A stretch of 64,000 nt of DNA from Anthoceros angustus (GCA_010909165.1 MU008172.1:62001-126000), one strand, 5' to 3'. Numbered from the stretch's first letter, positions 21,730 through 34,510 are shown. Notes: generated by a model not told the origin, from the letters alone. Numbers and translations: made by a program.

Positions 21730-22621
21730 ACTGGGCTAGCATGTTTCTTCCTTCTCCTCCCCACCCACCAGTCAAGATCTCGACGCCCAAGATTTATTTC
21801 TTTGTTGCTGGATTGTGCCCCCACATGGTAATTGGAAACCCACGAATTTTTTTGCCTGCAAGGACACCTCCAAATCGCTGTTCGCACTCTGGCGAAGGAG
21901 ACCCGCTCACGCTCCCTGCAATGTGCACACATTTGTATCAAGTGCGCCTCGCGAGACCCCACAGCTCTACCTGCCTTGCGTCTCACATGCCGCGCGCTAC
22001 CCAGCCAGCAAGGGAGCCAGACTTTGGGATGTTGCGCTGTCGACCCGCAAGTGAAGTCACGATTCACAAGCTGCCATAGCCGCGCCAAGCCCCCAGCTCG
22101 GCAATACCGATTCACTGGGTCTTTTCATGTCACCAAAAATCACCAGATACATATGAAATGAATTTCCACGTGAATTTCAGTGTTGATATTAGAAATATGC
22201 AGGTAGGATCTCCGTCAGCATAAGATGGTCATTTGTAGTTATGAACATGAGCCCCAGAATGACCAGAATTCTACAAAGGAAAAGGAATGCGAATCGTGTA
22301 GGGCACAGGAAGACGCTGCCAGATTCGGTCTTCAAGTCCTTACAAGTGTAAACCAAAGGGGTGTTACCGATTGGGAAGTTGGAAAGCTGGCATTCACGTA
22401 GGTCCGACTCCAGTGGAAGAAGGATCCATTTTCGCCGGCCAGAACAGTAAAGCTTATGGAGGAAGGGAATTCCGGTCCGCAGCGCCTTCCTCAATAAGCT
22501 TTACTGTTCTGGCCTCTTTGCATGGTATGCTGGTGGACCTAACGCGCTTTTAGGCCACAGATCCGGGAACGGAAGACTATGCGATTGTTCTCGCTCCGCA
22601 TGAATTTCAGGGCAGCGCGGC

Positions 22622-24427
22622 ATGGACGCGATGCAAGGGGCGCTCGCTGCAGCTGGTGGGGCAGCTGGAATGTTGGAGTTCTCGGCCTTTGCTGTGCTGC
22701 TTGAAGGATTGCCTGTGCGGGAGCAGCAGGAAGTAGGATGGAGTCGTTGTTTGCGGGCTGAGGTGGTGCTTCTCTTCCCTGAAGAAGCTGTGGCGTTGAG
22801 CCAGGTCTTCCCAGCTATGGAGGAGGCTGGATGGAGCTCGAATTGGACCAAGGACAGCATGGGGTGGCTCAGGGATAGGGCTCTGGTTTCTGGAGTCAGC
22901 TGTCGAGCTCAAGGCTCGAGCATGCTTCTGGCTTCAATGTTTGTTGACGTTGTGCGTTCGTCTGTTCCTGCCTGTAGGGATAGCTTGCTGCTTGTCCTGG
23001 AGCCTCTGCTGTCTCACCTTGGCCGGGGGGCTCTCCTGCCCTTGTTGGAGAGGCTGAGGGGTCCAGGTTCTGCGGCAGGGATTGCGGGGATGGGTGATGG
23101 TGAGAGCTCCAGGGTGTTACGGCTGCGTCGTGCTCTCTCTCGCCTGGCAGCGTTGGCTGGGGCTTTGGTCAAGCGCACGCGCTTCATGGTGCCTCTCAAT
23201 TGGCCTGCCGTACGGTGGTTTAGGCAGGATGTGGTGCCCCGGCGGACGCTTACTTGTCTGACAGAATGTTGTGTAGTGAAGAGGAAGCCTGTGACAGAAT
23301 GGCCTGTAGTGGAGACTAAGTCCGAGGTGGCTAACTGGCAATCGACGACCCTTGCTGGAGCAGGCTGGGAAGCTGCGTCTGCCAGGAAGCCTGTAGTGCA
23401 GGAGCGTCGCAAAGGATGGTTTCTGATGGTGGCAGAGGGGGTTTACACATACAAGTATGCATCTCCGGAGGACACGGCAGAAGAAATAGAAGAAATGCAA
23501 AGGAGAAGTATGAGGGACCGTAAGTCCGACAAGGGTGGTGTTCAACGGCGGCAGAGGGTCCAAAGACTGTCGAGCAACACAATCGATAGAAGAAGTCCGA
23601 AGAAGTTTGGTAGTGTCAAGCGAGAGGATGAGACGGCTACAGGTTTTGACTCTGAGAGTGAGCAGGAGATGTGCCAGCATGTCATCTCCAATATTATGAG
23701 AAAGGCTACCGCCAAGGCTCTGGCTGCTTATGTCTGGGAATCAGACCCGGAATCAAGTGAAGAAGAGGATGCCAGTGATGAAGAAGAGAATGCTAGTGAT
23801 GAAGAGGAGGATGCTAGTGGTGAAGAAGAGGATGCTAGTGGTGAAGAAGAGGATGTTAATATTGAATGCCGAGCTGAAAAAAAGCTAAGGTTCTGTCTGA
23901 GGCATAATGTGTTCTGGGCACCACCGAGTACTCCTTTGCCTCCTCTGTCTCTGCGAACTCCTGCAGCATGCAGACCCAGAGGTAGCGCCCTGAAGCCGTC
24001 CGCCTTCCCGGATGCAGAAGCGTCAGAAGCTCCTGATGAGTCGACTCCACCAAACAGGCCGAGGAAGACAGAAGCTTCTGATGGATCTACTACACCAAAC
24101 AGGCCGAGGAAGACAGAAGCTTCTGATAGATCAACTACACCAAACAGGAAGAGGAAGAGGAAGACCAAGTCAGAAGCTCCTGATGTTCCAGCCCCACCAA
24201 ATAGGAAGAGGAAGACGAAGCCACAAGCTTCTGAAGAATCGACTCCACCAAAGAAGAAGAGGAAGACGAAGTCAGAAGCTTATGCTGTCTCAACTCTACC
24301 AAACAGGAAGAGGTCATCGAAAGCTTCCAATGTTTCTACTCTACCAATTAGGAAGAGGTCATCAGAAGCTTCTCATGATTTAACTCCACCAAAGAGGATG
24401 AAGACGAAGTCACAAGGAAGACTCTGA
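22622..24427 (+). CDS. Divergent RRP1/Nop52-like protein with an acidic tract and basic S/T-P repeats (possibly a pseudogene)
   Basis: 601-aa intronless ORF. GW....KDSM..L.DR......AQG....LAS.FVD.....VP...DSL..VLEPL resembles the second half of the plant Nop52 domain. KKLRFCLRHNVFWAPPSTPLPPLSLRTP...PRGSALK resembles the plant RRP1 C-terminal motif. Confidence 0.6.
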   Translation: MDAMQGALAAAGGAAGMLEFSAFAVLLEGLPVREQQEVGWSRCLRAEVVLLFPEEAVALSQVFPAMEEAGWSSNWTKDSMGWLRDRALVSGVSCRAQGSSMLLASMFVDVVRSSVPACRDSLLLVLEPLLSHLGRGALLPLLERLRGPGSAAGIAGMGDGESSRVLRLRRALSRLAALAGALVKRTRFMVPLNWPAVRWFRQDVVPRRTLTCLTECCVVKRKPVTEWPVVETKSEVANWQSTTLAGAGWEAASARKPVVQERRKGWFLMVAEGVYTYKYASPEDTAEEIEEMQRRSMRDRKSDKGGVQRRQRVQRLSSNTIDRRSPKKFGSVKREDETATGFDSESEQEMCQHVISNIMRKATAKALAAYVWESDPESSEEEDASDEEENASDEEEDASGEEEDASGEEEDVNIECRAEKKLRFCLRHNVFWAPPSTPLPPLSLRTPAACRPRGSALKPSAFPDAEASEAPDESTPPNRPRKTEASDGSTTPNRPRKTEASDRSTTPNRKRKRKTKSEAPDVPAPPNRKRKTKPQASEESTPPKKKRKTKSEAYAVSTLPNRKRSSKASNVSTLPIRKRSSEASHDLTPPKRMKTKSQGRL

Positions 24428-24438
24428 TGAATCTCTTC

Positions 24439-25389
24439 AGGTTTGGACTCTGAGAGTGAGCAGGAGAGGTACCAGCAAGTCATCTCCAATATTATGAAAA
24501 AGGCTACCACCAAGGCTCTGGCTACTAATGTCTGTAAATCAGATTCTGAATCAAGTAGAAGAGGATGCTAGTGATGAAGAAGAGGATGTTAATAGTGTAT
24601 GCCGAGCTGAAAAAAGGCTAAGGTTCTGTGTGAGGCATAATGTGTTCTGGGCGCCACCGAGTACTCCTTTGCCTCCTCTGTCTCTGCAAACGCCTCCAGC
24701 ATGCAGACCCAGAGGTAGCGCCCTGAAGCCGTCCGCCTTCCCGGATGCAGAAGCGGGAGAAGCTCCTGATGAGTCGACTCCACCAAACAGGCCGAGGAAG
24801 ACAGAAGCTTGTGATGGATCAACTACACCAAACAGGAAGAGGAAGACCAAGTCAGAAGCTCCTGATGTTCCGACTCCACCAAATGGGAAGGAAGCCACAA
24901 GCTTCTGATGAATCTACACCACCAAACAAGAGGAGGAAGACGAAGTCAGATGCTTATGATGTGTCAACTCCACCAAACAGGAAGAGGTCATCAAAAGATG
25001 GGAATGTCTCAACTCTACCAAATAGGAAGATGAAGACGAAGTCGGAAGACTCTGATACTTTAATTCCTCCAAAGAGGACAAGGAAGGCAGAAGCTTCTGA
25101 TGCATCAACTCCACCCAGAAAGGCAAGGAAGCTGGATACAGACAAAAGTGATCGTAGATCAACTAACACACGCATTTGTGCTACACAGGACACCATCTTA
25201 GTCACCGATCTTCCTGCGCCACATTGGCAAGCAGAGATCTTTCGACTAGAATTGTGTGACACTATTAAGAACTCTCAGATTTCATTAACACAGATTATTA
25301 GTCGAGTCCTGTCGTTTGACAAGTGTCAGTGGACAGGGAAGTGTCGATCCTCGCGTAAAACTGCAGTTGCCCGTTCCTTCAAGAACTGA
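24439..25389 (+). pseudogene. Frameshifted tandem duplicate (about 800-bp period) of the 3' part of the RRP1-like ORF
   Basis: 24439 onward repeats 23641 onward (gactctgagagtgagcaggaga...). The reading frame is split between ORFs 24528-24908 and 24745-25389. Confidence 0.75.
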
Positions 25390-25591
25390 TACATGGCCTC
25401 CTAACTGAGGCATCATAACTTCAAATTCGCTGAAGAAAAAGCATCGTAACTCCACCTCTACGCACATGCAGCGCTGGGAGTGAAGTCCATCTGTGTGAAG
25501 CTTTCATGTGCTGGGCTTGATGGACTGTCTACTGCCGCACTCGCCTGGTTCTCTACTGCATAAGCAGCTCGCAGACTGGAGATCGAGACAG

Positions 25592-26488
25592 ATGCTCTCG
25601 CTGGCTGCAAAACGTTCGTTCTGGCGCCCCGACGTTCGGCTTCGTCAGCGCATGGAAACGAGGATGGCACAGGCGACCCCGGCAGCGGCAAGGACACAGG
25701 CACTGTCTGTGCGGCAAGAGCGACCCCCATCGCTCAAAACCAGACTGAAGGCAGGGGAGAAGCTATACGGAGCATTCATGGTGAGCTTCTCAACTGTGAT
25801 TGCCGAGATTTTGGGCTATGGAGGTTATGACTATGTCATTGTGGACATGGAGCACGGGCCTGGAGATGTCATCTCCGCGCTCCCAGTGCTTCAAGCGCTG
25901 GCAGGGTCTGGGACTGCTGCCATCCTGCGGCTCCCGTACAACGACCCCGTGCTGGTGAAAAAGGCTTTGGATGTGGGGCCGGCGGGGCTCATGTTTCCTA
26001 TGGTCGAAGACGCAGAAGCAGCAAGGACTGCTGTTGCTGCCAGTCGCTATCCTCCGCGGGGCATCAGAGGAGCTGCTGCCTCCATTGTCAGGGCTTCTAG
26101 GTATGGACTGGACGAATCCTACCTGGAGGCCTGTGAGGACGAATTGTTCATCATGTGTCAAGTGGAGAGCAAGGAGGCCGTTGAAAAGATACCGGAAATC
26201 GCTGGAGTCGAAGGTGTCGACTGCCTTATGATGGGGCCTACCGACTTACGAGCAAGCCTAGGCCTTTTGAGAAGCCCTGAAGATGAGCGACCAGAGAGGC
26301 TGCTGAGAAAGGCAGAGCAGGCTGTCTTGGCTTCCGAAAGAAAGGTTTTCCTTGCAGGATTTGCAACCCCGCGAGACCCACCTCCCTTTTTGTTTGAGCA
26401 TGGGTATGACATGGTTTCCGGTGCAGTAGACGTAGCCTTGTTCAAAAACGCCGTTGTAGAGGACTTGAAGAAGAATAAGAATACCTAA
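25592..26488 (+). CDS. HpcH/HpaI-family class II aldolase, intronless, with possible organellar presequence
   Basis: GYDYVIVDMEHGPG, ILRLP, KKALDVGPAGLMFPMV, RYPPRGIRG, CQVES, GVDCLMMGPTDL. The start codon is uncertain. Confidence 0.9.
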   Translation: MLSLAAKRSFWRPDVRLRQRMETRMAQATPAAARTQALSVRQERPPSLKTRLKAGEKLYGAFMVSFSTVIAEILGYGGYDYVIVDMEHGPGDVISALPVLQALAGSGTAAILRLPYNDPVLVKKALDVGPAGLMFPMVEDAEAARTAVAASRYPPRGIRGAAASIVRASRYGLDESYLEACEDELFIMCQVESKEAVEKIPEIAGVEGVDCLMMGPTDLRASLGLLRSPEDERPERLLRKAEQAVLASERKVFLAGFATPRDPPPFLFEHGYDMVSGAVDVALFKNAVVEDLKKNKNT

Positions 26489-26852
26489 GCAAACTCCTCG
26501 ACGGACGTGGCCTTAGGACTTCTCCTCACACTTATGTTATTACATGACGTCATGTAGTGTTACATTAACCAATCCACTAAAACCTTACTCGTACTAAGCA
26601 GCTTCCGGCGCCCAGCAACTTGCCCCAGAAAGACTGATACGCATGGACTGCGTGCAAAGCAAAACGAGTTGAGACCATCTGCAACTAAGATCAGACTCCT
26701 CCCCACAGGCAAGTCAGTGCAGGAACTGAAGCCAGTAGTTGAAAAGAGAGTGCTTGCCTGAGAAGGAAACTGGGGAACCACTGTCTCTGCAGTTGGACTG
26801 GAAATCGTGTTGATGACATCGAAAAACTTCCAACCGTGTGCAAGTTGTCATC

Positions 26853-27771
26853 TCAGTCAAACTGCTGTCGAAGCTGCATCTCAGTCTCACTCTTCCAAGA
26901 GGCGTGAGACGACTGTCCTTTCATTCGTTTGCTCTTTTCCTTATCTTTCACTACAGACCTTTTCTTCCTTTCAGCATCTGATCCTGCTTCCGGCCGGTCG
27001 TTACACATGGGGCACACCATTCCGGCGGTGTTGGAGAAAGTCTTTGGCACGCCACACTTTAAACACATTCTGCAGGAACAAGAACCAAGTGGAAACCTAT
27101 CAGCCCTTCTTTTTACCAGAAAGGCAACACATCTCCACTGCTCTTCAACAGACCTTAAAAGACTCGCAGCCTCCTCAGGAGGCGGCAGGTTGGCTCCAGA
27201 CACTTTACGCCCCACCTCCTGGGACGCACTGGTCACTTTGTCGGCTTCATCCAGGGACCGAGGTTTTGCTTCAACAACAGCTCCTGCAGAACACATCGTC
27301 AGTGAGCACAAAGCGCTAGCTGTAGGTGCCAAGTAGAGACTCCTTTCCCACACTGAACGGTAGTGGAATACCAGAAGACGGAGCTTTACGCTCCTGCCCG
27401 TTCAATGTAGGGGCCGCAACGATTTGCGCATCTTGCGGAGACCTCGGGGCAACAGGACGCGAAAGCGGACCTGTTGCAGCAAACCTGAGGTACTCCGGGG
27501 GCCCTGTGACCTACAGTCCACCACTAGGGTAAGCAGAGGCCTCGACACAAGACGTTCACACCAGTGCGATGGAACCTCTTACCTCTGCAAACACATGTGC
27601 TGGCGACGGCAGCAACGATGCTGTTTCGGGCTTGGGAGGAACAGGCGGTTCTACCCTCACTTCTGGACGTGGCGCAGCCTCTTCATCACTTTCTCCGCTG
27701 TCGGAACGCCAGCGTTGCCCCTCCTCCTCCTCCTCATCCGAGGAGTAGTCTTGCACAAGTGCCAAGCTCAT
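26853..27771 (-). CDS. Conserved plant protein of unknown function with a CxxC..CxxC zinc-ribbon motif; about 4 exons (27771-27583, 27510-~27372, 27283-~27154, ~27070-26853)
   Basis: MSLALVQDYSSDEEE...LLPSPAHVFAE|VTGPPEYL...|GAVVEAK...EEAASLLR|MCLKCGVPKTFS...CPMCNDRP...KRMKGQSSHASWKSETEMQLRQQFD*. GT-AG introns restore the frame. Confidence 0.75.
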
Positions 27772-28731
27772 GTCCTGGGATCAGCATCGCGCATGAAAAC
27801 CCACCAATTCACACAAATTCGCTGCAACTCTGAGTACACACCAATCACCTGAAAAACTCGAAACGCTCGATCCGCGACTTGGTGAAGACGGCGTGGCAGC
27901 GGTACAAGTCCGAACGTAGGGTTTTACTTCACCATTCGAAGTGTGTCTTCGGACCACCCACGCCGTTCCCTTCATCTGCCATTGCAGAAACCGTTCCGAC
28001 AGCCAATAGATTGCCGCCAGGCTTTGCAGATAGATGGCTTGACGTTGTACAACTTGCATAACCCACCAGGCGTTGGATGTTTCAAGTCGACATACCAGCC
28101 CCCAAATCGCATGTGTAGATATGTACCAGATGTTGCAACACAACATTGTGCTGTGGGTAGCAAGACATATTCTCAAAACAGAAACCAGCCCAACACCGGT
28201 TTTTCTTAATCGAAGTCTCTCCATTTTGTACTCATCCACCCTAATCAAAAGCACTCCCAACGTCAATCAGATGACGTGTTGGGATTCCAACACAGCTGCC
28301 CATGTATATCCAGCTTCTTGACATCCAGGACCATCGCATCCACAGCTCTCTGAAAGCTCCAGAGCACTTGGAAAGCGGGCCTGCATGGAAAGTAGTGCTG
28401 TTGTGCCTCGCCACACATTTGAAAGCCTCGGATTGCCATGTTTTTATGATACCTTTATAACGTCACTTACCCCCACCAAAAGGCGGGGGACATCGATCGT
28501 TGCGCTGGAGGATATCCTGTAAACTCGGACTTCGCATCCGACACCACCGTTTACATAGCAAGGACAGCGACAGGACAGGCAGGATTTGCAGGGCAGTTTC
28601 AGAGGCTGATGCTGATTCAACCGCCTGGTTCAATTCCGGAATCGGTTCCAAGCTGGGCTCGGCTTCGCACTTGTTCTCCCTGCACCTCCCTTCCCATGTT
28701 CCGGACACTGACTTCCAGTTGCTTAAAAACC

Positions 28732-29238
28732 ATGGGTAGCCCGCTGGCCCAGGAGGGCAAGAAATGGAAGCTGGCAGTTGTGGATCAAGTGAAGGCACCC
28801 ATCGAAAAGGTGTGGGAGCTGACATCCGATTTCGTCCGGCTCGATCGGTGGCTCCCGCACTTGAGCTCCACCCTGGTGGGAGGGGAGGCCCAGAAGCCTG
28901 GAGCGGTGCGGCACGTTGTGGGCACCGGCCCGGGGCCTCTACGGGGGAGCTTCGTGGTGGAGGAGCTGGTGGCCATGGACGCGGAGAACCATACCTATTC
29001 CTACACTGTGCTGGACGGCAAAATGAAGCTGGAGGACTACCTGGCCGTGTGGAAGCTGGCGGAAGGCACTGAGCCGGGCTGGACTACGGTGTCCTTGTCC
29101 TACGAGATGGCACCTTGTGCTGAGGTCTCGGAGCAGCAGTTTGCCGCTTTTATAGGAAATGTCTTTCAGAATAGCATCGACCACCTCAAGACAATTGTGG
29201 GCGGTAGCTCGGAGGGCCTGGTCGTGTGTGAGCGCTGA
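28732..29238 (+). CDS. SRPBCC / polyketide cyclase-dehydrase (Polyketide_cyc2, lachrymatory-factor-synthase-like) protein, intronless
   Basis: KWKLAVVDQVKAPIEKVWELTSDF..L.RWLP, PGAVRHV, EELVAMDAENHTYSY, C-terminal helix. Confidence 0.85.
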   Translation: MGSPLAQEGKKWKLAVVDQVKAPIEKVWELTSDFVRLDRWLPHLSSTLVGGEAQKPGAVRHVVGTGPGPLRGSFVVEELVAMDAENHTYSYTVLDGKMKLEDYLAVWKLAEGTEPGWTTVSLSYEMAPCAEVSEQQFAAFIGNVFQNSIDHLKTIVGGSSEGLVVCER

Positions 29239-30122
29239 AGCCTAAAAGGAATGTATACTGAATAACCCATATTGCGGAAGAGTCCGAATGTCACGAATAG
29301 GAGTTCATAAAGGAGCCCTTGGTCCTTGACCCACCATCTTTGCGCTTGGGGCAATGACGCAGTTTGTGAGGTCATACCGAGACGCGTCAATTGCTGGTTG
29401 AAAACTTTTTCCAAACCCCCTTAGATGGCCTGAAAGGGCCTCTGAGAATTTCTGGAAGGTTCGCTTCCGAGCTGAACCTAACAAATTAATCCCAAAACGG
29501 AGTTACAAAGTTTGAGAGGAACGCTGTAACTCCTGCCAAAGTGTTCCTGCTGCAGTAACGCTGGCAAGAGCCTTCATAGTAGCTTGCAGTTTCGGAGCTT
29601 GCAGCGGTGTGGTATTGGGAGTTTTGAAACCTGCAGCGGCGTGCTATTGGGAGGAAGCTTGGCGTGGGTGACCAGTCTCTCGCTTGAATGAAGCTCTGTA
29701 GGTGTAGAAAGTTAGCTGCTGCCCAATTCGAGACGTTTGATAATGAGATTGAGCTCCCATTTGCCAAGACGCTTGATACCGAGATTGAGGTCGCTCCTCC
29801 GGTTCGGGCTCGAATCGAATGCACGGTCAAGAAGAGGTCTATTATATCCAGGATGAATTTAAATAAAGCAAGCTGTTGGGTCAGGTTGGGTCGGGTTTAA
29901 GGTTTTGGGTTAGGGTCTAGACGTGAGATACTCGGCTCTCACGCAAGCTGGGTTCGAACTCCGATGAATGCATTATTCTCGTAATGTCTGGTTTCGATAA
30001 CGGAATACTTTTCACCCTGTGGAACAAAGTCGGTGACTCCACGGCCAAGACGAGCACAAAACCTGGCAACCCCATGAGGCCTGGTCGGAAGGCCTTTTGG
30101 CAACCCCTGAAGGCTTTGCCTC

Positions 30123-30250
30123 ATTCAACCCGTCACAATCCTAAAAGAGAGAAAGAGACAAGCCTGATCCAACCCGTCACAATCCTAAAAGAGAGAAAGA
30201 GACGAGCCTGATTCAACCCGACACAATCCCAAAAGAGAGAGAGAGCCAAG
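30123..30250. repeat. Tandem repeat, about 44-bp unit x3
   Basis: caacccgtcacaatcctaaaagagagaaagagac repeated three times. Confidence 0.8.
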
Positions 30251-30904
30251 TTTGATATCGTGACAAGTCATCATATTAGGGTGCTCATAGATGTTGCGCT
30301 GAACCCTAACAAATAGGGACGGAACTTAGGCACGGAACTTTGTCTTCGACTGAGGCCGACATTTCTTAACCCTATAAGGCCTAAGCTATTTTCTCTTTTG
30401 AAGAGATTTAAAGTTTATTATAATTTAATAAATAAAAATAGTATGCCGTTGTTCTCGATTTCAGTAATTCCGCAGTTATGTCATACGCCTACACATCACT
30501 TGAGGAAAACTTTTCACTTTTCGATTTGGTAAGCATTCTCCACAATTTTTTGAAAGCAACGGAGGCCATAAAATAAGGTCATGGCCACCATGGCGGAGAG
30601 GCCGGGCTGAGGTATTTTTGAACGAATAGGGAGGAACACAAGTTTCATTCTTGAGCAAACTTAAGTGGTAGCATCATGCACAGCAACAATGGGCGTCAAC
30701 ACAGCCCTATAGCTGTGTAAATTCCTTGTAAAGCCCCAAGTCGAGATAAAATGGAAGGGTTAAATGGATCCTCCTCCGGCGTCGAGAGAGAATAGTCTAC
30801 ATCGTGCCGTGCAGTCGGTGTCTGACACTGGCCATTTGGTTGTAAAAAGAAAGGATAGAATTCTGGAGCATGCTTTCATGATTGGGCACGCTGAGGCTTC
30901 GAGT

Positions 30905-31420
30905 CTACTGCTGGTGGTTCCGGAGTATCTTCACCTGGTTCTGGTTGATGCCGAATGTCTGCTGCAGCACATGGGACGAGAGGCCAGAGGCGAACAAGGC
31001 CTTGGCTGCCTGCTGCGTGCCTGCATTCTGGCTACGGAGGAAAGCAATTCCCCAGGCAGGCCCGTTGCCCACATTCTTCTGGAAAATGCAAGAGGCCCCT
31101 GGGGAACACGAACAGGTAGCCTTGTTCACGGTCTGATGAAAGAGGGTGTTGCCGTTGGAGGACACGAAGCCATCCGTGAGAGTGCTTTCCACCAGGAAGA
31201 AGATCTCGGAGGCCCGCGGGTGAGCGTGAGGAGGATTGAGCCCGTCTTTGGCGTGTTGATTCCCGGGAACTGCGCCACGAAAGCGGGAGTGACCACCGAA
31301 CCCAGCTTGGCAGTCTGTGCGTTGGCGGCCGTGTTGAGGCCAGAGAACTTCAAGTCCTGAGCCGGCTTCCGGTTCTCGCCATATATGTACATGTTGATGA
31401 ACACCCCTGACCGTATATCT
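30905..31420 (-). pseudogene. Germin-like pseudogene
   Basis: DLKFSGL...FPGINT, then frameshifted GLNPPHAHPRASEI, LFVFPRGLLHF and SQNAGTQ...VLQQTFGI. The SMARID segment is deleted. Confidence 0.8.
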
Positions 31421-32914
31421 TCCTGGGACGCTGGCACGCTGGCACGCAGCAGCGGTTTCAATCGACAGGAGGCTGCAGCTCTGATGAGAGCCTGAGGCCG
31501 GTGGCTGGCGCAGCGCTCCTCGTCGTCAGTGGCAGCGTGAGATGTCATCGTCCCGACTCCAGGAGAAGGATGCTGACACTCTCCGCTGATGATGTATTGT
31601 TGAAATCGCCGATTTGGGTATTATGAATGCTGAGCAGAAGACGCGTACCGTAGGTCTGTTACACAGTCCATGGCCGCTGGCCACGGCCCAGATTTCGACT
31701 CAAGGCCGGCAGACTACCAGACTTGCGCTTTGATCGCATTAGACTAGAGCTCACGGGACATGACGAATTAGGTTGAACTTTCTTACAGCTGAGCAAGAGC
31801 AATTTTGGGTTCCACTTGGAATGTGCGAGTCCCAGTGGTCCTTGTGTACCCACCACATACATAGAGTGGGTGTAAAGCTCGTGAGGCACATTGACCTGAA
31901 CATGAGCTTCGGCAAAGGCAGCCATGACTTGGTGTAGCAGGACAAGCAGGGGGCCGGGCTGGCTCCATCTTATTTATTCCAACCAAAAGCGCTCACGAGC
32001 GAGCAAGCAAGTGCGCCCACCGTCTCAACCCCACACTCCCCACCCGTGCTGCCAGAGAAAGGGATACCGCACACTCCACACTCCCACAACTTCATTGTCT
32101 TGTTACTATCCAGCGTCCGCACTTGTCATTTCCGTATGCACATAAGGGTTGTTTGTTGGCATGGCAGGCAGGTACGCACCTACATAGCTGTAACCGATCA
32201 CACCTTCTCTTCATTGCGCTGCTGCTCGCCAATGCCAAGCTTGCGTACCTCGGCCTTGCAACTTCTTTTTTTCCTTAGTTATTTCTATTACCTACCCATT
32301 ATTATTTTTTGGGAAAATAGACAAATACTACAACACGTCTACATTACATACTACGAGAAGAGAAGTCAGCGATATATTATAAGAATTATTAGATTTCCGT
32401 ATGTGCGTACCTGTCACCAAGAAAAAACGCTGAAGCTTAAATAATTGGATTGGAAAGAAAAGTGGCATCATGACAAGGAAGCTTGTGAAGTGGTGTCGCA
32501 TAGCAAAGAAAGTCGATCATGGGAGCTTGTGCCATATCTTTGAATATACAAATGAGTGTACGAAAAGGAGGTCATGTGAGGTCGAAATGGACAGAATTGA
32601 GGTCGTTGTCGACTCCATATGTTTTGAAATTGACAAAACATTATAAATTCAGAAGATATTACAAGGTATACAAAAATTGGACAAGCACTGTCCTCAACGC
32701 TTTTACTGTATGGCATATTGCAGTATCCCTAAAAATAAAGCAGGAAGGTACAACATATGGAAGTAGAAGTCGAGGAATTTGAGGCGAGACGTGTAAAAGA
32801 AGGAAGGAAAAGGTCGAGCGACAGCTGTATGATGAGTAAATTGAAGATGGCGCATGCGAGCAGAAGTCGGGGAAGTTTTCGAGGCTAGCATCGGTCTTGT
32901 CCATTCGCCACCCA

Positions 32915-33425
32915 AGGCAAAGGCAAAGACCTTTAAAGCAAAGGCAGAGGCAAAGACCTTAAAAGGCAAAGGCAAAGGCAAAGGCAAAGCTGGTCCCACA
33001 AATTTTGCATCTTATCCAGATACATACATATCTCAGTGGGCCTGCCTGGGCCCTGGTGCCTGCTGCCTGCTGCCTGCTGCCTGCTGCCTGCTGCCTGGGG
33101 CCTGCTGCCTGGTCTGGACAACAATCTGAAAGCAAGCAACATGGGGACGCGAGCCTTCCACCTCATCACATGGCATGGCATGGCCTGGCATGGCATGGCA
33201 TGGCATGCGACCGGCCAGCGGCCAGGCCCACGCCATGAATGCCCTGCAATCATCCTCCCCACCGGTCTCCGTACTACGGAACGGGGAAGGGGCCGCGTTG
33301 CGCTTGTTCGTCGTCCTCGTCCTCGTCCCCGTCCCCGTCCCCGTCCCCGTTGCCGTTGCCGTTGAGGTTTGGTTTCAGCCGTCCCCGGTCCCGTCCCGGC
33401 GTCCCGGCGTCCCGGCGTCCCGGCC
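32915..33425. repeat. Compound microsatellite block upstream of ERECTA: (GGCAAA)n, (CCTGCTG)n, (TGGCA)n, (GTCCCC)n, (GTCCCGGC)n
   Basis: Directly visible in the sequence. Confidence 0.8.
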
Positions 33426-34510
33426 CGACGGAACGGGGCCCACTCTCCGTTAATCATCACCCCGGGTGCCGTAACTAATCGTGTGACGAGAGAGGGTGAG
33501 AGGGCGAGAGGGCGCGTCGCGCGCCGGGTTCGCCCAGCAGTCATCACCGGGTAATGATGCCCTCCACGGTAATGACGAGCTATAGTCACATGACTGGGTA
33601 TCGATTCTCACGATCCCATCATACATACATATGCATATATTAGGGCGAATGCGAGAGGTGAGGCGAGTTGAGTCGTGACTTCACGGCTGGGGTCGGGGCC
33701 CGGCCCGGCCCGACCCGGCTGCCTTCAAGACATCAAGTTGTGGGCTGTGATGAGAGAGAGAGAGAGAGGGTGGCGAAGTGCGTGTGTGTTTGTCCTGACG
33801 TTGTCAGCTGGTTGGCGTGAGTTTTAATACCAATTTTGTGCAGATCCCGCAAATCCCCTCGCCGGGGCCCGGGGACATGACGTTAGCCGGGCCTGAGGCT
33901 GGGGCCTCCAGCGCGCTTTATGGCGGGGCTCCGCCTCCCAGGCCTCGCACAAGCGAAGCGAGTAATGGCGGCAGGGGAGGGGCGTGGGGCCCGTGGGGCG
34001 GGCCCACGGAACCCCGGCCGGCCTCCCGTCCTGGTCACATGCCCACCCGACCCGGCCCGGCCCGCGTCCCGCGTCCGCGTCCTCCGTCCCGCGCCCGCCC
34101 TTCTCCAGGCCCAGGCTCGGTCACGGGGCCTGTGGTCCCGCGCTAAGCCCCAGCCTTTATGTCGCATTCACTCGCAGGCTTTGGGGTTTACGGCAAAGCC
34201 TGCGTGTGCGTACGTTTGCTTAGGCTGGCCTGGCGCCAGGCCCAGTCCCCGCCACAATTGAGAGCCTGCCCGGCTGCGAGCCTGCCTCTGCCTCTTGCCT
34301 CTGCCTCTGCCTCTGCCGCTGCCGCTGCCGCTGCCGCTGCCTGCCCACCACCGCACACCTTCCACTCCTCCGCACGACAATGCAAGAACAAGAAGCAGCG
34401 CACGCAGAGCCGGGAGAAGGAGCAGCAGCTGGCGCTGCCAGCTCCGTCGTCCTCCTCCTCTTCGTTGCTCCTCCTTCTCCTCTTCCGCGCAAGCAGCAGC
34501 AGCAGCAGCA

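Noticed and set aside
31659-31925. Bet v1/SRPBCC-like gene starting MAAFAEAHVQVNVP
   Set aside because: The resemblance is limited to about 15 residues and cannot be supported without a search.
34295-34510. N-terminal extension of ERECTA in the ORF track
   Set aside because: It starts at a non-ATG codon in a microsatellite; the signal peptide begins after ATG 34511.
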